Shown: piece by piece, positions 1 to 13,606 of the stretch
Layout: the number at the start of each line of letters is the position of its first letter
Position numbering within the stretch: position 1 is the stretch's first letter
From: Octopus sinensis
Taxonomy: Eukaryota
Assembly (NCBI RefSeq): GCF_006345805.1
Contig: NC_043001.1
Coordinates: 85,188,001 to 85,252,000 of the forward strand
Direction of reading: 5' to 3'
Length of the DNA: 64,000 nt
Position numbers and translations under genes: made by a program
Notes under the pieces: generated by a model
What the model was told of the DNA's origin: nothing
What the model saw: the letters and a program-made list of their open reading frames with translations, nothing else
Database searches by the model: none

Positions 1-4
1 TTTA

Positions 5-47
<43 letters not shown>

Positions 48-157
48 ATAATATATATATCACACATACAATTATGTATATATTTATATATAAATGTGTG
101 TGGTGAAATATACACGTGCGCACACGAAAATACATTTACACATATACGCACACGTAA

Positions 158-247
<90 letters not shown>

Positions 248-515
248 CCGCGTATGTATTAACACTCACACACATTTCTGCATGGAAGAGTGTGTAGCTA
301 ACTTTATATAATTATTGTTATGTATATCTACGAATATATATGTAAATTTAAGTTTAAATCTATGAATACACACGCTTGCAAACACACTCTCACATGCACC
401 CACATGCATACCTATTTGTGCATATGCGCCTCAGCATATATATATAAATTTAATATGCTTATTTTACCATTTATCGCTGTTAAACCAAATAAAAAATTTT
501 TTCCGTATATTATAG

Positions 516-545
516 TTCCAGCGTTCAAGTGATTCTAACATCTCA
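516..545 (+). CDS. S-crystallin gene 1, 30-nt microexon encoding the crystallin-specific internal loop (FQRSSDSNIS)
   Basis: tatag|TTC CAG CGT TCA AGT GAT TCT AAC ATC TCA|GTAAGT. AG at 514-515, perfect donor at 546-551, phase 0/0. Joins in frame to SERRMR at 1806, resembling the FQRS.D..SSE.RMR segment of octopus S-crystallins as I recall it. Confidence 0.85.
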
Positions 546-1805
546 GTAAGTATTATATATTTTCCTCTTAAAATATTTTCAGTATATCCTTATAGTTAAA
601 TTAGATTGTTGATGTTTATTAGTATTTGCTCATATTTATGTTCTGCTACGTTAATATAAAAATAGAATTTCCTAGTAAATTCCAAGTAATTCACAATGTG
701 TAAATATATGTGTGCGTTTAACTAGCTTTGAGAATATACGAATTTTCATTTATGCAATAATTTATCTACAGCAGTTTACCCATTGGGTACTCACTTTCTT
801 TCAAATTTGAGAATGAAAATAAAACCCTTAGGGGTATTTATTACCGAACTTTCAGAATTTGAAATTGAATTTTACAATTCATTTACACACTATTATTGTA
901 AAAATCCATCTTTTACAAATATCATTAAAAGTTTTTAGTAATTTCTTAAACTTCTTTTGGTGCATTGGTATGGCATAATGGAATTTCTGTTTCAAAACTT
1001 TATATTCATATTTCAAATTCCGTTGCAGCCATCTTTGCTTCTCATCCTACCAACAATGCACCACTCGTGTACCCACTAATCTAGTTATATAAAAACAATT
1101 GCTGGTCTTGTACCTAAGCAACAAACGTTTTCGTTTTTTAAATTTGTTTTCATTCTCAGAAAGTGTCATCAAACAAATTTCGCTAGGATTTGTTCCTTTT
1201 ATACACTAGAGAACAATTTATGCAAGGGAGATCATTTCTTCATAATTTTTTGCAGCATTACAAGTATAAATTTGAGATTGAAAGAAAAGATACGTAGAAT
1301 ACACAGACTTATGTCAATTTTCTAATCATATATGCTATTATTTAAGTCTACTATGAAATAATCAGCTCGATATAACCCGTGATATATCATTTATACATTT
1401 CTTAATGGTGGAAAATAATAAGTCTGGATAAAAATCATTGAATATGTATCTCGTGCAAAGTTACATATATAAGCACTGAATATAGTTCGCTGTATACAAA
1501 TGGCTTTGATTTACACAAAGTGTTAGAAATTTGAGGAAAATTATCGATATTATTGTACTAGATTTGTAGTTTACTTTATCGAATCCCTCAAAAAAAATGA
1601 GAGTGGGGCACAATTTTGCACTCAGAACTTAAAACCGCAGCGGGTTTTGTAAATCACGTTTTCTGATACATTAACGTTCGTGCCAGTTTCCCATCTTCAA
1701 TAATAATTACACCAACAAGAGGAAGAGGATATTTACAAATCTGTTAATCTATATTGTTATAAAGGATATTAATTTTCATATTTGATATATTTCTTTGATC
1801 TGTAG

Positions 1806-1913
1806 TCAGAAAGACGTATGAGATATGAAGAAACATTGCGCAGAATTCTGCCATTCATGGAGAGAACCCTTGAAATGTATAACAATGGCAACCAATATTT
1901 CATGGGAGACCAG
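1806..1913 (+). CDS. S-crystallin gene 1, penultimate exon ([36 protein letters not shown])
   Basis: AG at 1804-1805 after a pyrimidine-rich stretch, GT at 1914-1915, 108 nt, phase 0/0. [22 protein letters not shown] is characteristic of cephalopod S-crystallins (GST C-terminal domain). Confidence 0.95.
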
Positions 1914-2143
1914 GTTTGACGAAATATTTCTTTATATTTTCAATCTATGGGTTGATGAAAAAGGGCTTTATATTTATGGAAGAACTTAACACTTTCTGAT
2001 AGCTGTAATTTAACGTTGAACATAGTTTAAATTGGAAATGAAATATATGTAAAGATATTTTTGTAAATGAACTAAAAGAATAAAATTTAATTTCAAGAAT
2101 CACGCAAATTGTAGATAATGTATTTTGTTTAAGATATAGATAT

Positions 2144-2482
2144 AGGTGCAGGAGTGAATGTGTTGTAAGTGGCTTGCTTACTAACCACATGGTTCCGGGT
2201 TCAGTCCCATTGCGTGGCACTTTGGGCAAGTGTCTTCTACTATAGCCTCGGGCCGATCAAAGCCTTGTGAGTGTGTGTGCGTGTGTTTGTGTGTCTGTGT
2301 TTGTCCCTCGAACATCGCTTGACAACTGATGCTGGTATGTTTACGTCCCCGTATCTTAGCGGTTCTGAAAAGAGACCGATAAGTACTAGGCTTACAAAGA
2401 ATAAGTCCTGGGGTCGATTTTCGCGACTAAAGGCGGTGCTCCAGAATCCCACACTCAAATGACTGCAACAAGTAAAAGAATA
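2144..2482 (+). mobile_element. tRNA-derived SINE family A (CORE-like), in the last intron of gene 1
   Basis: B-box-like GGTTCAGTCCC, CORE-like (C/T)TTGGGCAAGT, internal (GT)n and an AGTAAAAGAATA tail. Homologous to copies at 19262, 46880 and 62955. Confidence 0.8.
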
Positions 2483-2980
2483 CATTTATCTATCTACATG
2501 ATTCAGTTTATGGCCCAGGTACCATATAATCTGGCAATCGTATCAAAGATCATTTTGTCATAGAATAAAATCACCATTGTATCAACACCCAGTTAGATGC
2601 CGGTGGCCAAGATCAATACAACCACGCTATTTTATTGGCAGTTGTATCGTCAGCTTTGTTGAGTGCCCATGTAGTTACCTCTCAAAGAGACTGCATATTG
2701 TTATCATTACTTTCAATTGTATTTTATCAATTCGGTATGATTAAAGCAGAATTCATCGTAGCAAGATCTGAGATCAGAACTTAGACATCCTACACAAATG
2801 GCGCACGTCATCTTGCCCGATGATATAACGATTCTGCTAATTCGTTTAGTCTTATACATATAAGTGATACTATTTTTAAAAAGGCACACAAGCAGCTGAT
2901 TAACACTAGAACACATATTTAATAATCCAATTTATTCTATCAAAATACATCACGAAGTATTTTCATAAATCTTGTGAATC

Positions 2981-3047
<67 letters not shown>

Positions 3048-3689
3048 TTGAAGAGGAGGAAAGCAATTAATCAAGGTATGATTATAGTATTTAAATTAAT
3101 TTAGTTTAATTTAAGAAAGTTAATGCTGATGCAATGTGAGTAGAATTAATGGATATAACCTAAGGTTCGATATATTGGGTATTCAGTCTTCGGAGAAATA
3201 TAAGAAATATAACAGGAATATATAGGCAGGAAAAGTTGTTGTAGAAAAATGCGTGGTACGGTAGAAAGATGATAGTTCGTTATAGTTCATAGCTTATACT
3301 GTTCCGTAGAGTAGGGAGGTCTATTCACATCCATATGAGAGAGTTCTTCCTGCTGCACATCAGTAGGAACAGTTCATTGTTGAAAATGAAGTTTGAGTAA
3401 TGCATCCAGTTGAGAGAAGGGAAAAGGTAGCGCTAGTAAGTCTGTAGGTCCGACCGTACAATGAGATGCAGAATATGTAAAGTGTTTTAATATGAGAGAA
3501 AGCGCATAGATATACAGATGCATTATTTTAGATATATAAAGCTGAGCGAAGGGGAGGTTTATAAATAATAAATCCTGGTAAGAGCACTTAGACCTCATAC
3601 TTATTAGTCTGGGCTACCTTGACTTAAACTCATCTTCTGCGTATGCATATATATATATATAATATATATATATATATATAATATATATA

Positions 3690-3747
<58 letters not shown>

Positions 3748-3803
3748 TCATATTTATACTTTCTTCTCTCATTTTACAAACCTGTACTAATTTTTCTTTT
3801 TAG

Positions 3804-3968
3804 TTCTCAATGGCTGATATGATGTGTTATTGCGCTCTTGAGAACCCAATGAGGGATGATTCTGCTCTTCTCAACAACTACCCGAAACTTCAAGCGTTGA
3901 GGACCCGTGTTATGAATCACACCAAATTGTCATCGTACTTACAGAAACGCAGTCGTACTGAATTCTAA
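3804..3968 (+). CDS. S-crystallin gene 1, terminal coding exon ([54 protein letters not shown])
   Basis: Branch-point-like TACTAAT (3785-3791), T-tract, AG at 3802-3803, TAA at 3966-3968. Carries the [16 protein letters not shown] and RTEF* S-crystallin motifs. Confidence 0.96.
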   Translation, partial: FSMADMMCYCALENPMRDDSALLNNYPKLQALRTRVMNHTKLSSYLQKRSRTEF

Positions 3969-4017
3969 TTGGAAATAAGGTTAAGATACCATGCATTGAA
4001 GATTGTTACCGATATGA

Positions 4018-4023
4018 AATAAA
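4018..4023 (+). terminator. Polyadenylation signal of S-crystallin gene 1
   Basis: AATAAA about 50 nt after the stop, followed by a GT/T-rich downstream element (tgttgtttgattgtttt, ~4044-4060). Confidence 0.7.
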
Positions 4024-4724
4024 AAGTACTGAATTATGATACATGTTGTTTGATTGTTTTAATTTCAAAATTTTATTATTGTTTTTACTTTATAGTGTAA
4101 TTTGTAACGATATACTCTTATCAGATCTTCTTAGAAGTGGAATTTTTATTCCTATTGAAGCTTGCTTTTGTTTCACTTCAAGTGATGTTATTTTGTTTCA
4201 TTCAGAAATTCTCACAATATGGTAAATAATAGCTTTAAATTTTGGCACAGCACCAGCATTTTTGGTTGGTGTGAAATTGGCCTCGGTGTGATTTAAACCA
4301 AGAACATAAAGGGCTGAAATATACACCATAAACAAGTTTTCTGATATTTTCCCCGTTTTTCTATTCTTTTACATTCTGTGTTCAAAGTCTGTCAAGGTCA
4401 ACTTTGCATTTCATCTTTTCGATGTCAATAAAATAAAGAATTAATCAAAGAGTTGGGTCGAGAGTATAACTAACCTTACCTGTTGAAACTGCTGACGTGA
4501 TAACTAAATCAAAAACAATTATTATAATGATTTCTCACATATGATAAAATTCCTAAACTTCTGAAGAGAATAATTGATTATATCGACTTTTGTATTTGAC
4601 TTGTTCTTAATTTAGCGAATTCGTGGGAAGTAAGGAAAGAAGTTGTCCTTAGATAGATTAGAATTCAGTATTCTAGCGATTCTACAAAATACCCTTTCAT
4701 CAGCCAATATTAGAATAAACATGA

Positions 4725-4945
4725 AGGCGGCGAGCTGGCAGAATTGTTAGCTCGCTTGACGACATGCTTAGCAGTATTTTTTCCGTTGCTACGTTCTTAC
4801 TTCAAATTTCGCCAAGGTCGACTTTGCCTTTCATCCTCTCGGGATCGATAAATGAAGTACCAGTTGCGTACTGGAGTCGGTCTAATCAACTATCCCCCTC
4901 CCATAAACTTCAGGCCTGGTGCCTATAGTAGAAAGGATTATTAGA
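4725..4945 (+). mobile_element. tRNA-derived SINE family B (Nin-domain-like core); more decayed copies nearby at ~4210-4660, 7500-7725, 8160-8560 and 9320-9560
   Basis: GGCGGCGAGCTGGCAGAA head, TTCAAATT B-box-like motif, and GGTCGACTTTGCCTTTCATCC...GATAAA..AAGTACCAG core shared with the 50367 and 60594 copies. Confidence 0.8.
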
Positions 4946-5423
4946 ATGAATATGAAAGGTTCTTTATAGCATTTCTTTCTAATTTTGGCACGAGGTCAGT
5001 AATTTTGAAAAGTCGGTAGGATGAGGAGAGGCTAGTCGATTATATCAACCTCCATAATTGAGTAGTACTTATTTTGTTGTCCCCTGGAGTAAGTTGAACA
5101 GAATTGAAAGTAAAGAGCCTGATGAAAAGTCACAATGTATTTCATCTTAAAGAAATTTGGAATCTCTGCATACACTACATATCTCAGACTACAAATATAG
5201 AAATGAAAAGCTCAAGTTTTGCTATACAGATTCTCCGTGTCTCATCGTCAGATACCTTCATAAATATCTATGCAGTTTGGAAATGGAAAAATGAGAGACG
5301 TTCAGTGTGATATCGTAAGATACCTTCGTAAATATCTACGCAGATTTGAGTTGAAACAACAGCAATATTTAAAGCTTAGATCGCTGACAGATATATTGGC
5401 AAATAAGCAGATGAAACTAGATA

Positions 5424-5941
5424 CCATAAATCCTCGAGTATAATCAGCATTTTTTTCCCAAAATTTAAAGGTCAAAATCCCTAGTGCGTACTATATACGA
5501 GGTTAAAAATGAAAAATATTATCTAAGCAAGTCCGAGTCTGTATTTGCTGTCCGGCAATGTTTATTCAAACGCATTTTGTGATGTCGGGCGCGAAAATAC
5601 CTTAAGCTAAGCCTGAAAGCAATGAAGTCATAAAAGAATCATCCATAACTTGCAGTAAGCAACATTTATTAAAATAAAAGTATTCAGAATACAGAATAAC
5701 ATGTAACAAAAACAATTTGCAAACATATTTACATTCCCATATAACAGTTAAGAACATCACCATTATTGTATTACACATGCGCGGAAGTATTTGTTCGACT
5801 AGGTGCTGCTGGCTTAATTACACACAACTCAAGTTAGAGGAGTGCGTATTATACACAAGGCTTAGATTTATCAGAAGTACAGCCCTCTAAAAATCCCCTG
5901 CGTATTATACTCAAGATCGGACTATACTCGAGGATTTACGG
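5424..5941. mobile_element. Non-autonomous Tc1/mariner-superfamily (pogo/Tc2-like) MITE
   Basis: TIRs CCATAAATCCTCGAGTATA ... TATACTCGAGGATTTACGG. TA on the left, TG on the right. Subterminal TGCGTA(T/C)TATAC repeats. Confidence 0.75.
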
Positions 5942-6296
5942 TGGACATTTGATAGAATACTGTGATAGATAGTAAAACACTAAAAATATAAAACGACTTT
6001 AATTCGAAACAGAAAAAAGGTTATTCTTGAAGTCATAGAACAAATTGTTGATCTCATGTGTTGAAACCGAAACATCTATAGTGTGCAATAGCTATTTAAT
6101 GACAAACAAGTTGTTAATACTTTCAACGAGAAAAGCGAATATAGCACTAAAAAATATTCTTACTGTTAACTGAACTGCGGAAAGCAGTTTTACCCATCTG
6201 CTTTGAAAAACTTCGTTATGCTGCGTGACGGAGAGACTTTTTACAAACGAATATTTTTCAAATTTTCTTAATTTTTTTCACATAATTCTTCAAATG

Positions 6297-6753
6297 TCTT
6301 TTTCTTCTTCTTCTTCTTAATCCTATTTGCTCCTTGTGGAGCATAGGACCTCAACAATAGTTTTCCACCTCTTGCGGTCATTGGCGTGTTTCTTGGCTGC
6401 TTCCCATGTCAGGCCGGTGGTCCAGAGCTCGTCCAAAACGTTCCGCTTCCCTGTCTTCTTCGGGCGTCCTCGCTTCCTTTTCCCCTGCGTGTTCCAGTGA
6501 ACTGCTTGTCGTGTCACATATGAGGGTTCTTTCCGCAGTGTATGTCCGATCCATCTCCATTTTCTTCGTCTAATCTGAACATGTATGGGCTCCAGGTTCG
6601 CCCTTTCCCACAGGTCGGTGTTTGGCACTCGGTCGAACCACTTCAGATGCAGGATCTGCCGGAGACGTTTGTTGAGGAAGTTCTGGATCTTCTTGTAGTT
6701 GCTGCAGATGGCTTCCATGTTTCAGAGCCATACAAAAGCACAGATTTTACATT
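6297..6753 (-). mobile_element. RTE-clade LINE 3' fragment (RT C-terminus plus (GAA)n tail)
   Basis: NVKSVLLYGSETW...LRQILHLKWFDRVPNTDLW...RRKWRWIGHTLRK...GKRKRGRPKK (ORF 6323-6718), ending in a TAAGAAGAAG tail. Confidence 0.88.
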
Positions 6754-8579
6754 TTTACAGAACAATAAACAAATGCTTTTGTTGGAGGATATGAAAACGG
6801 TACAAGCATATTGCTAATGCAGAAAATATCGATTCTGTTTTGTGATGGATAATTACAGGAATGGCTATGAATTTTAATTACTCATTCAAAGTGTTAAATT
6901 CACTTTAAATTTAAATTCAGTTCACGAGGGTAACAATTCATCGTTGCCTATCTGAGACCAGGTCACTGACCCTATTCTATTGCAAATGCTTGCATGGATT
7001 TTTGCTAGTGACTAGGCCTCGGTTGCATGGTGAAAGTTTTGGCGTTTTATGAAATAAATTTCAATTTCAAATGAACTTAATCGTTTTGTCTGTTATTAAA
7101 TATCTCTTCCACAGCACCTCTATATTAGTAAATGTTATTTCAGCATTTGTTCTGTACGTTATGCTCATTGAGAAAAGATGCTTTGACTCGCATTTTGCAA
7201 ACTTCAATAATTTCAAACCAATTATCAAATATTCAAACAGAGTTGATAGCATATGAGTCATTTTCGTTATCCTTTATTTTCATTTATTTGAATGATACTC
7301 GTATCGAATATCTTTGATCACAGAGCATAAAATTAAATTTTTTTTTTTTTGTTCCTTGCAATGTTCACCGTCATATTGCATATGATATATCTTTCAAAGT
7401 ATGATCCATTTACTCCTTTAGTGATGCTTCAAACAGAAGCTCTAAGTGCGAATGCAGGTCGCAGAGCTCCGGACTTGGGGATTTACAATATTTAGCTACT
7501 TTAAAGCGGCAAACTGGCAGAATCTTTAGCACACTGGACAAAATGCTTAGCGCCATTTTATCCGTCTGCACGTTCTGAGTTTAAATTCTATCGAGGTCAT
7601 CGTTGCTTTTCACGCTTTCAGAGTCGATAAAATAAGTATCAGTTGAGCACTGGGATCGATGTAACCGACTTCGCCCTTTCCCTGAAACTGCTGGCCTTGT
7701 GCTAAAATTTGAGACCAGCATTAGTTTCTATTGTTTCAGCTTTATAGTTCAAATCCTGCTGAAGTATAGCCGTTTCATTCATTCGGTAAAATACGATGCT
7801 TCGTTGATTGTGTTAAATGTATAGCAAATTATTGCCATTAACCAAGTCACATTTTTGAAAGCGAATTCTTTAGATTGGTTTCAGATATAATTCTACATAA
7901 ATTTCAATGGTCTACGTTTAAAAGGGGAATTTTATTATGATATATGTAGTCGGATCGACAGGGTATATTATGACCACGTATTATGTTTTATTGATTAACC
8001 AATAGAAATTGTAGACAGAATTTTTGCCGTAACTTCGAGACTGGAGGAAGTACTAAAGTTTTAAATCAGTTTTATACGTAGAAGGTTTCCTGAAGTACTT
8101 TTCTGAAACGTCGTATTAATGCTTCTATTTCCGACCCCTGGCGACATTTTTACTTAAAAACCAGATGTTCAACATTCCGAGTTGATGAAATAAAATACCA
8201 GTCAACTACTGAAAGCTATATGTATTGTCTAACAGTCTCCCCTCAGAGTTTTTGGTTATTAGTTAAATTTTTAAAAAGTATTGTTAAAGCTTCTATTTGT
8301 TCTGAGTTCAAATCGCGCTGACGTCAAATTTATATTCTATCAGTATGGGTCTAGACAATAAAACTCTAGCCAAATAATGAGGTCAACGAACTAAGCCCCT
8401 TCTCATCAAGACTGATGCTCGTGTGTCTAAATAAGAACCCTTATGAAAACTTTAGTTTTCCAGTTCTTTACATTCTGAGTTCCAATCCCGCCGACGTCAA
8501 ATTTGCCTTTCTTCCTGAAAACATCGATGAAATAAAGTACCAGAAACATTAAAGACAAAAGTAGTAAAATACCTTCCTC

Positions 8580-9078
8580 ATCATAATCATCATCATCATC
8601 GTCATCGTTTAGCGTCCGCTTTCCATGCTAGCATGGGTTGGACGGTTCAGCTGGGGTCTGGGAAGCTAGAAGGCTGCACCAGGCCCAGTCTGATCTGGCA
8701 ATTTTTCTACGGCTGGATGCCCTTCCTAACGTCAATACTTCGTGAGTGTAGTGGGTGCTTTTTACGTGCCACCGGCACAGGTGCCAGACGAGGCTGGCAA
8801 ACGCCCACGATCGGATGGTGCTTTTTAGGGCGGTGCTGGCAACGGCCACGTTCGGATTGTTTTCTTACGTGCCACCGGCACTGGTATCACAGCTACAATT
8901 TCCATTGATGTTGATCGATTTCGATTTTGATTTTGATTTTGATTTTCACTTGCTTCAACAGGTCTTCGTAAGTAGGGTTTTGTGTCCCAAGAAGGAACGG
9001 TATGCATAAGTGGACTGGCTACATCCCAGGTAGAGGCCACGGGTCATGGTCTCACTTGTCCTGCCGGCTCTTCCTCGG
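8580..9078 (-). mobile_element. GC-richer SINE-like repeat with (GAT)n tail, possibly RTE-associated
   Basis: Minus strand reads GTTAGGAAGGGCATCCAGCCGTAGAAA and ends in GCTAAACGATGACGATGATG. Internal duplicated ACGTGCCACCGGCAC. Confidence 0.55.
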
Positions 9079-10048
9079 TCATATAAACTCATAGGGTCGG
9101 TCTTCCGGCTTCCATGGCGTATGTATTCCCCAATCTTGCCTGTCTGTCACAAGATTACTCACTTTTGTCAACTGAGCTAACTGGAACAACGGGAAATGAA
9201 ATATTTTGCTCAAGAACACAACGCGTTGCTTGGTCCAGAATGGAAACCACAATCTTATTTTCATGAGTGCAAGACCCTAACCAATAAGCCACGTGCCTCC
9301 GCCCAGAATCATTACTGATATCAAATTTTGGTATAAGGCCACTGATTTTGGATGAAGGGATAAGTCGTGATATTTATTTCATCGAATTCGACAGGATAAA
9401 AGGTAACGTCAACCCCAGTACTCAACAGGTACGAATTTTATCGACTCCGAAAGGATGAAAGGCGAAGTTGACCCTGGCGGCATTTTATTTCAGAATGTAA
9501 AGACCGAAAATTTCCACTAAACATTTTCATCGGAGCAGTAACGATTCTGCCAGCTCACTGACATACGTACCAAAAGCATTATTAAATTTTTTGTCATAAA
9601 CCAAACACACACTGACAGTACAAGTTAAAGAAATGAGCCATGTTTACAGTAAACTATATTAAATTTACATTACTTTCTTTGGTGTAAACTTTCACCAAAA
9701 TATGCCGAATGTTTATGAAATAATTACATGTGACAGTGATGCAACTCAGACTTAATGACCAGCATGTTTCAGCGAACTAGGTCCTAACAACTTGTTAGAA
9801 ACATTACTGATACGAATATAAGTATTTCATTTTATTTAGTAAATGAATTAAGACTTCATTAAAAAGTATATGAGAATTAAGTTGAGCTAATGAAAAGTTT
9901 TTGCGCGAATGGTGAGAGCAGATGAGAAGTGAGATTGCAGTGAGTATACTTTAAATTTGGTAATAATAAAATGCCGGTGATTGAATTGATAATACACACA
10001 CACACACAACACACACACACACACATATGCATATATGCATATACATGA

Positions 10049-10080
<32 letters not shown>

Positions 10081-10168
10081 ATGTGTGTGTGTGTGTATGT
10101 GTGTGTGTGTGTGTGTGTGTGTTGTGTGTGCGTGTGTGTGCGTGTGCATGTATACATGTGTATATATT

Positions 10169-10514
10169 CAGGCTGCGGTGAATAAACTGTCATCTAAATT
10201 ATGCAAAAAGGAAAATAACACTGACATCTCATTTTAACAGATATATTTACCAAAATTACATAAAAATATCCTGAAATATTAAAGAGTAAGTTTATTCAAT
10301 AAAATCGCCATTTGCTTCAACCACGGCTGGCAGACTATTTCAGAATCTCCTGCAGCTCTTCTGGATGGTTTCCTTTTGTAAATGCTGTCATAATCCTTGC
10401 TCACAGACGGTGCCCAACTGACGCTACTATACCGTGTAGTCGACAAAATCAAAAATAATGTGTATGCGTAAAATTAAAAATATAAACTGGCGACCATTTA
10501 CCCATCGCACCCTG
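10169..10514 (-). mobile_element. Internally deleted Tc1/mariner (maT/DD37D-like) element
   Basis: Imperfect TIRs CAGGCTGCGGTGAATAAA / CAGGGTGCGATGGGTAAA with TA on the right. Minus strand retains a transposase C-terminus, ETIQKSCRRF*NSLPAVVEANGDFIE*. Confidence 0.7.
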
Positions 10515-11523
10515 TATATATACCCACACACAAATACATACACGCACATATCTTTGTGTGTGTGTGTGTGTAGGGGGTTGTATCATCATGCTCGTTGGAG
10601 ATCTATATTAGCATATATTTAAAAACAAAATATATTTTATACTTACTTTTCATATTCGTCTTATGTTGCAAAACTTTCCACCGTACCTGTGCAATCTGAT
10701 CACAAACATAAATTTCACAGCAAATGTGAATTTTATTTTGTGGTGCATTGTGACAGCTATCAAGGTGTAACCATCCTTTCTCCTTTTACGACTTTTTGTC
10801 TAAATTCTTCGGGTATTTAAATATTGATATTTTTCAGATTCATTTCATGACTACCCATATTCTCTGGAAACAAGACTGCCAGTTGTCAAAGCCTACCCAA
10901 CTTCTATGTGCACCCTTTGAATTATAGCAGATCTGTTGTTTACAGATAATATTGGTTTCCGACCCACTGTTAGACCATGATTGTTTCTAACCAAGGAATT
11001 TATTACCTCAATATCTACATGATATTATTTCTCGCATAATCAACCTTGAGTTCCACCGTTTAACAAGTAATTATTTCTTATCTCTCGAAGTTTCTAAATC
11101 CTTATGCCCTAAATAACAACACGCATACACCTATACGCATACATATATATAACTTTAAAAAAGTTATAGCATAAATCTTTTGAAAACATAATTTCAATTT
11201 CAACAGATTTTTTTGGAAGATGATATTTCAAACATAACTTTATAACCAGCAGGCGAAGTTTTATGCATTCAAAGTCAGCCACAAATATCAGAAAGGAAGA
11301 AAAATAGAAGAAATGGTAGTAGTGAAACGTATAAACTATACACCAGCGGAAGGGAACTTAAAAGAAAAAATGGCTAACGTTACAAGATCAAAAATTAACT
11401 ATGTATGAAGTCCTTTACTTAAAGTTCGATGTTCTTTTCTGTATAGAGAAATATAAATTTTTAACTATATATACACAAGCATAAATATATATGCACACAC
11501 ACACACACCACACACACACAGAG

Positions 11524-11558
<35 letters not shown>

Positions 11559-12265
11559 TACACACACACACATACACACACACACACTCACACACGCACA
11601 CACACACACACACAAACGCTTACATACATCATTATATATGGAGGCAAATTGTGAATAAATGGTTTAGAATGTTACTTAGCAAAAACGAGTTACCGAATTT
11701 GACCTCGCTGCGTGATATCTCAGGCAAATACAATTTTCAACACAGTGTATCACGACGAAACTGCCTGAGATTAACACCTGTTTTATTCTACTGAGGTAAT
11801 AATAGTGATTATGATGATCACGTTAAGCAAGATGTAGATGATGATGATGACCATAATGTTCATGTTTTTTTTGTATAATGTTCTCTGTTAACGAACTTAT
11901 TGCTAATCCACTGGTGTGTGATACAAGAGTTATATGTTAATTTTTTGCTCGGTTAATCGTGAACCGTGACAAGTGAGATGGCGCATGCAATTCATTTTAC
12001 CTAGACAACACCGCAGCTGCCAGACTTTGTAGTTCAGCTCAATATTTCTGCAGACTGTCTGAACTTTAAACATTCAAGTACGAAGCGTATTAAAATTGCA
12101 CAAAAAAACATCGTCTGGAGTTTTCTTTGGAATTATTAAAATAAAAGAAACAAACAAACGTTCAATACATGCTCACAAATATACAAACACACACACGTTT
12201 CTATATATATGTTTATATGTACATTAGTATATATATATATATATATATATTTATATGTACATTAG

Positions 12266-12310
<45 letters not shown>

Positions 12311-12439
12311 GTATATGTATATGTATAAAATATATATATATGTGTGTGTGTATACACACACATTATGAATATATCCAAGTACATGCATATATATGTGTCT
12401 ATTTCTTTTTATATATACGCATGCATATACATACATACA

Positions 12440-12471
<32 letters not shown>

Positions 12472-13606
12472 GTTCTTGCCATGCGGTCTTGTTATTTCTG
12501 ATAGTATGAAGAAAAAACATGCGATAATTCTCAAAAGTCTGACCAGAAGACACTGAAGAAATGGAATCGATTGAATTTATCGAAAAAGTGAAATTAAAAA
12601 GATATTTAATAAAAAGTTACATAGAACCAAAATTCTTGAAAAGAATTAAATTAAATATTATATTTCACTCCACTGACAAGAAAAAAATTTAATCTAAAAA
12701 AGTATTCTTAATATGTTCGAGTCAAATCTAACTCATACGGATGTAATGATATTTAAAGAAACCATCATCGTTTAAACGAAACGAAATGTAAATACCTTAG
12801 TGTATAACAAAAAAACTAGCACAACAAAAAACGAAAAATATCAGTTAAAGTATAGCAAAATCTGAATAAGTAAAATATACAAAAATATATCAGATAAAAT
12901 ATATAAAAGCTATAACAAGTTAAGATAAAATGCTTAGAAGAAAGCGATGAATTCGGGAACTCTTTAGAATTTAAAGCACTAGCTTCAAATCTCACCAAAA
13001 GCGTCAGTTCTATTTGTTTTTGTTTTTTGAGTGAAAGCACTGAGATAGGATCTTTACCTTTTGACCTACAGATTTAAAATATAATTTTTTGTAACTAAAC
13101 ACTTTCAAACTTCGGACACTGGTAGAATGTGTCATATAAAACATCTTTTACTCTTAGCATTTTTGAGAAAATCTTATATTTACGAAGTTATTTCACCTTA
13201 AAGTTCTCCTATTTCGTTAATTTCGACTAGCAAAAAAGAAAAAATAGGAAAATGAAAAAGGGTATACAAACGTTTAACTAAAGCATTTAAATGATACTGC
13301 TTGCGAGTGGGGAGCATGCAGCCATTTCACTTTCATTATTATAATTCATCGTCCAGTCGTTCGTTCTGTGTTTTTTGTCCCCACTGTGTTGTTCTGTCTG
13401 TCCTTGTGCTGTCCACTCTGTGTATGAGACTGAGTGCTTAATAAAGAGTTGAGTAGGCGTTAAACGCGGGAATTTGTAAAGTGCCGTTTTGGTAGTTTGT
13501 CGTAATATCGTTTGTTGGTTTGCGTATAGTTCTTGGAGAGTTTGTTGGATTGTTACTTTGTTGTTACTCTGCATTTTTATATATTTTATTGTTACTACAT
13601 GAGTAG

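Noticed and set aside
2-311. YI/IY-repeat ORFs here, and poly-I, -L, -M, -F, -S, -Y and -HT ORFs throughout (e.g. 21063-22122, 28583-29110, 47902-48359, 61013-61434)
   Set aside because: They are translations of (TA)n, (CA)n and trinucleotide microsatellites, with no domain or splice support.
3044-3647. ~600-bp unique-looking block between (TA)n tracts in the last intron of gene 1, considered as an extra exon or LTR
   Set aside because: No crystallin-like frame, and the flanking exons already join in frame. Only an 11-bp imperfect inverted match at the ends, so it could not be classified.
5245-5410. Two to three ~30-bp direct repeats with ~68-bp spacing, superficially CRISPR-like
   Set aside because: Eukaryotic context, degenerate units and no cas genes. 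It is a decayed minisatellite.
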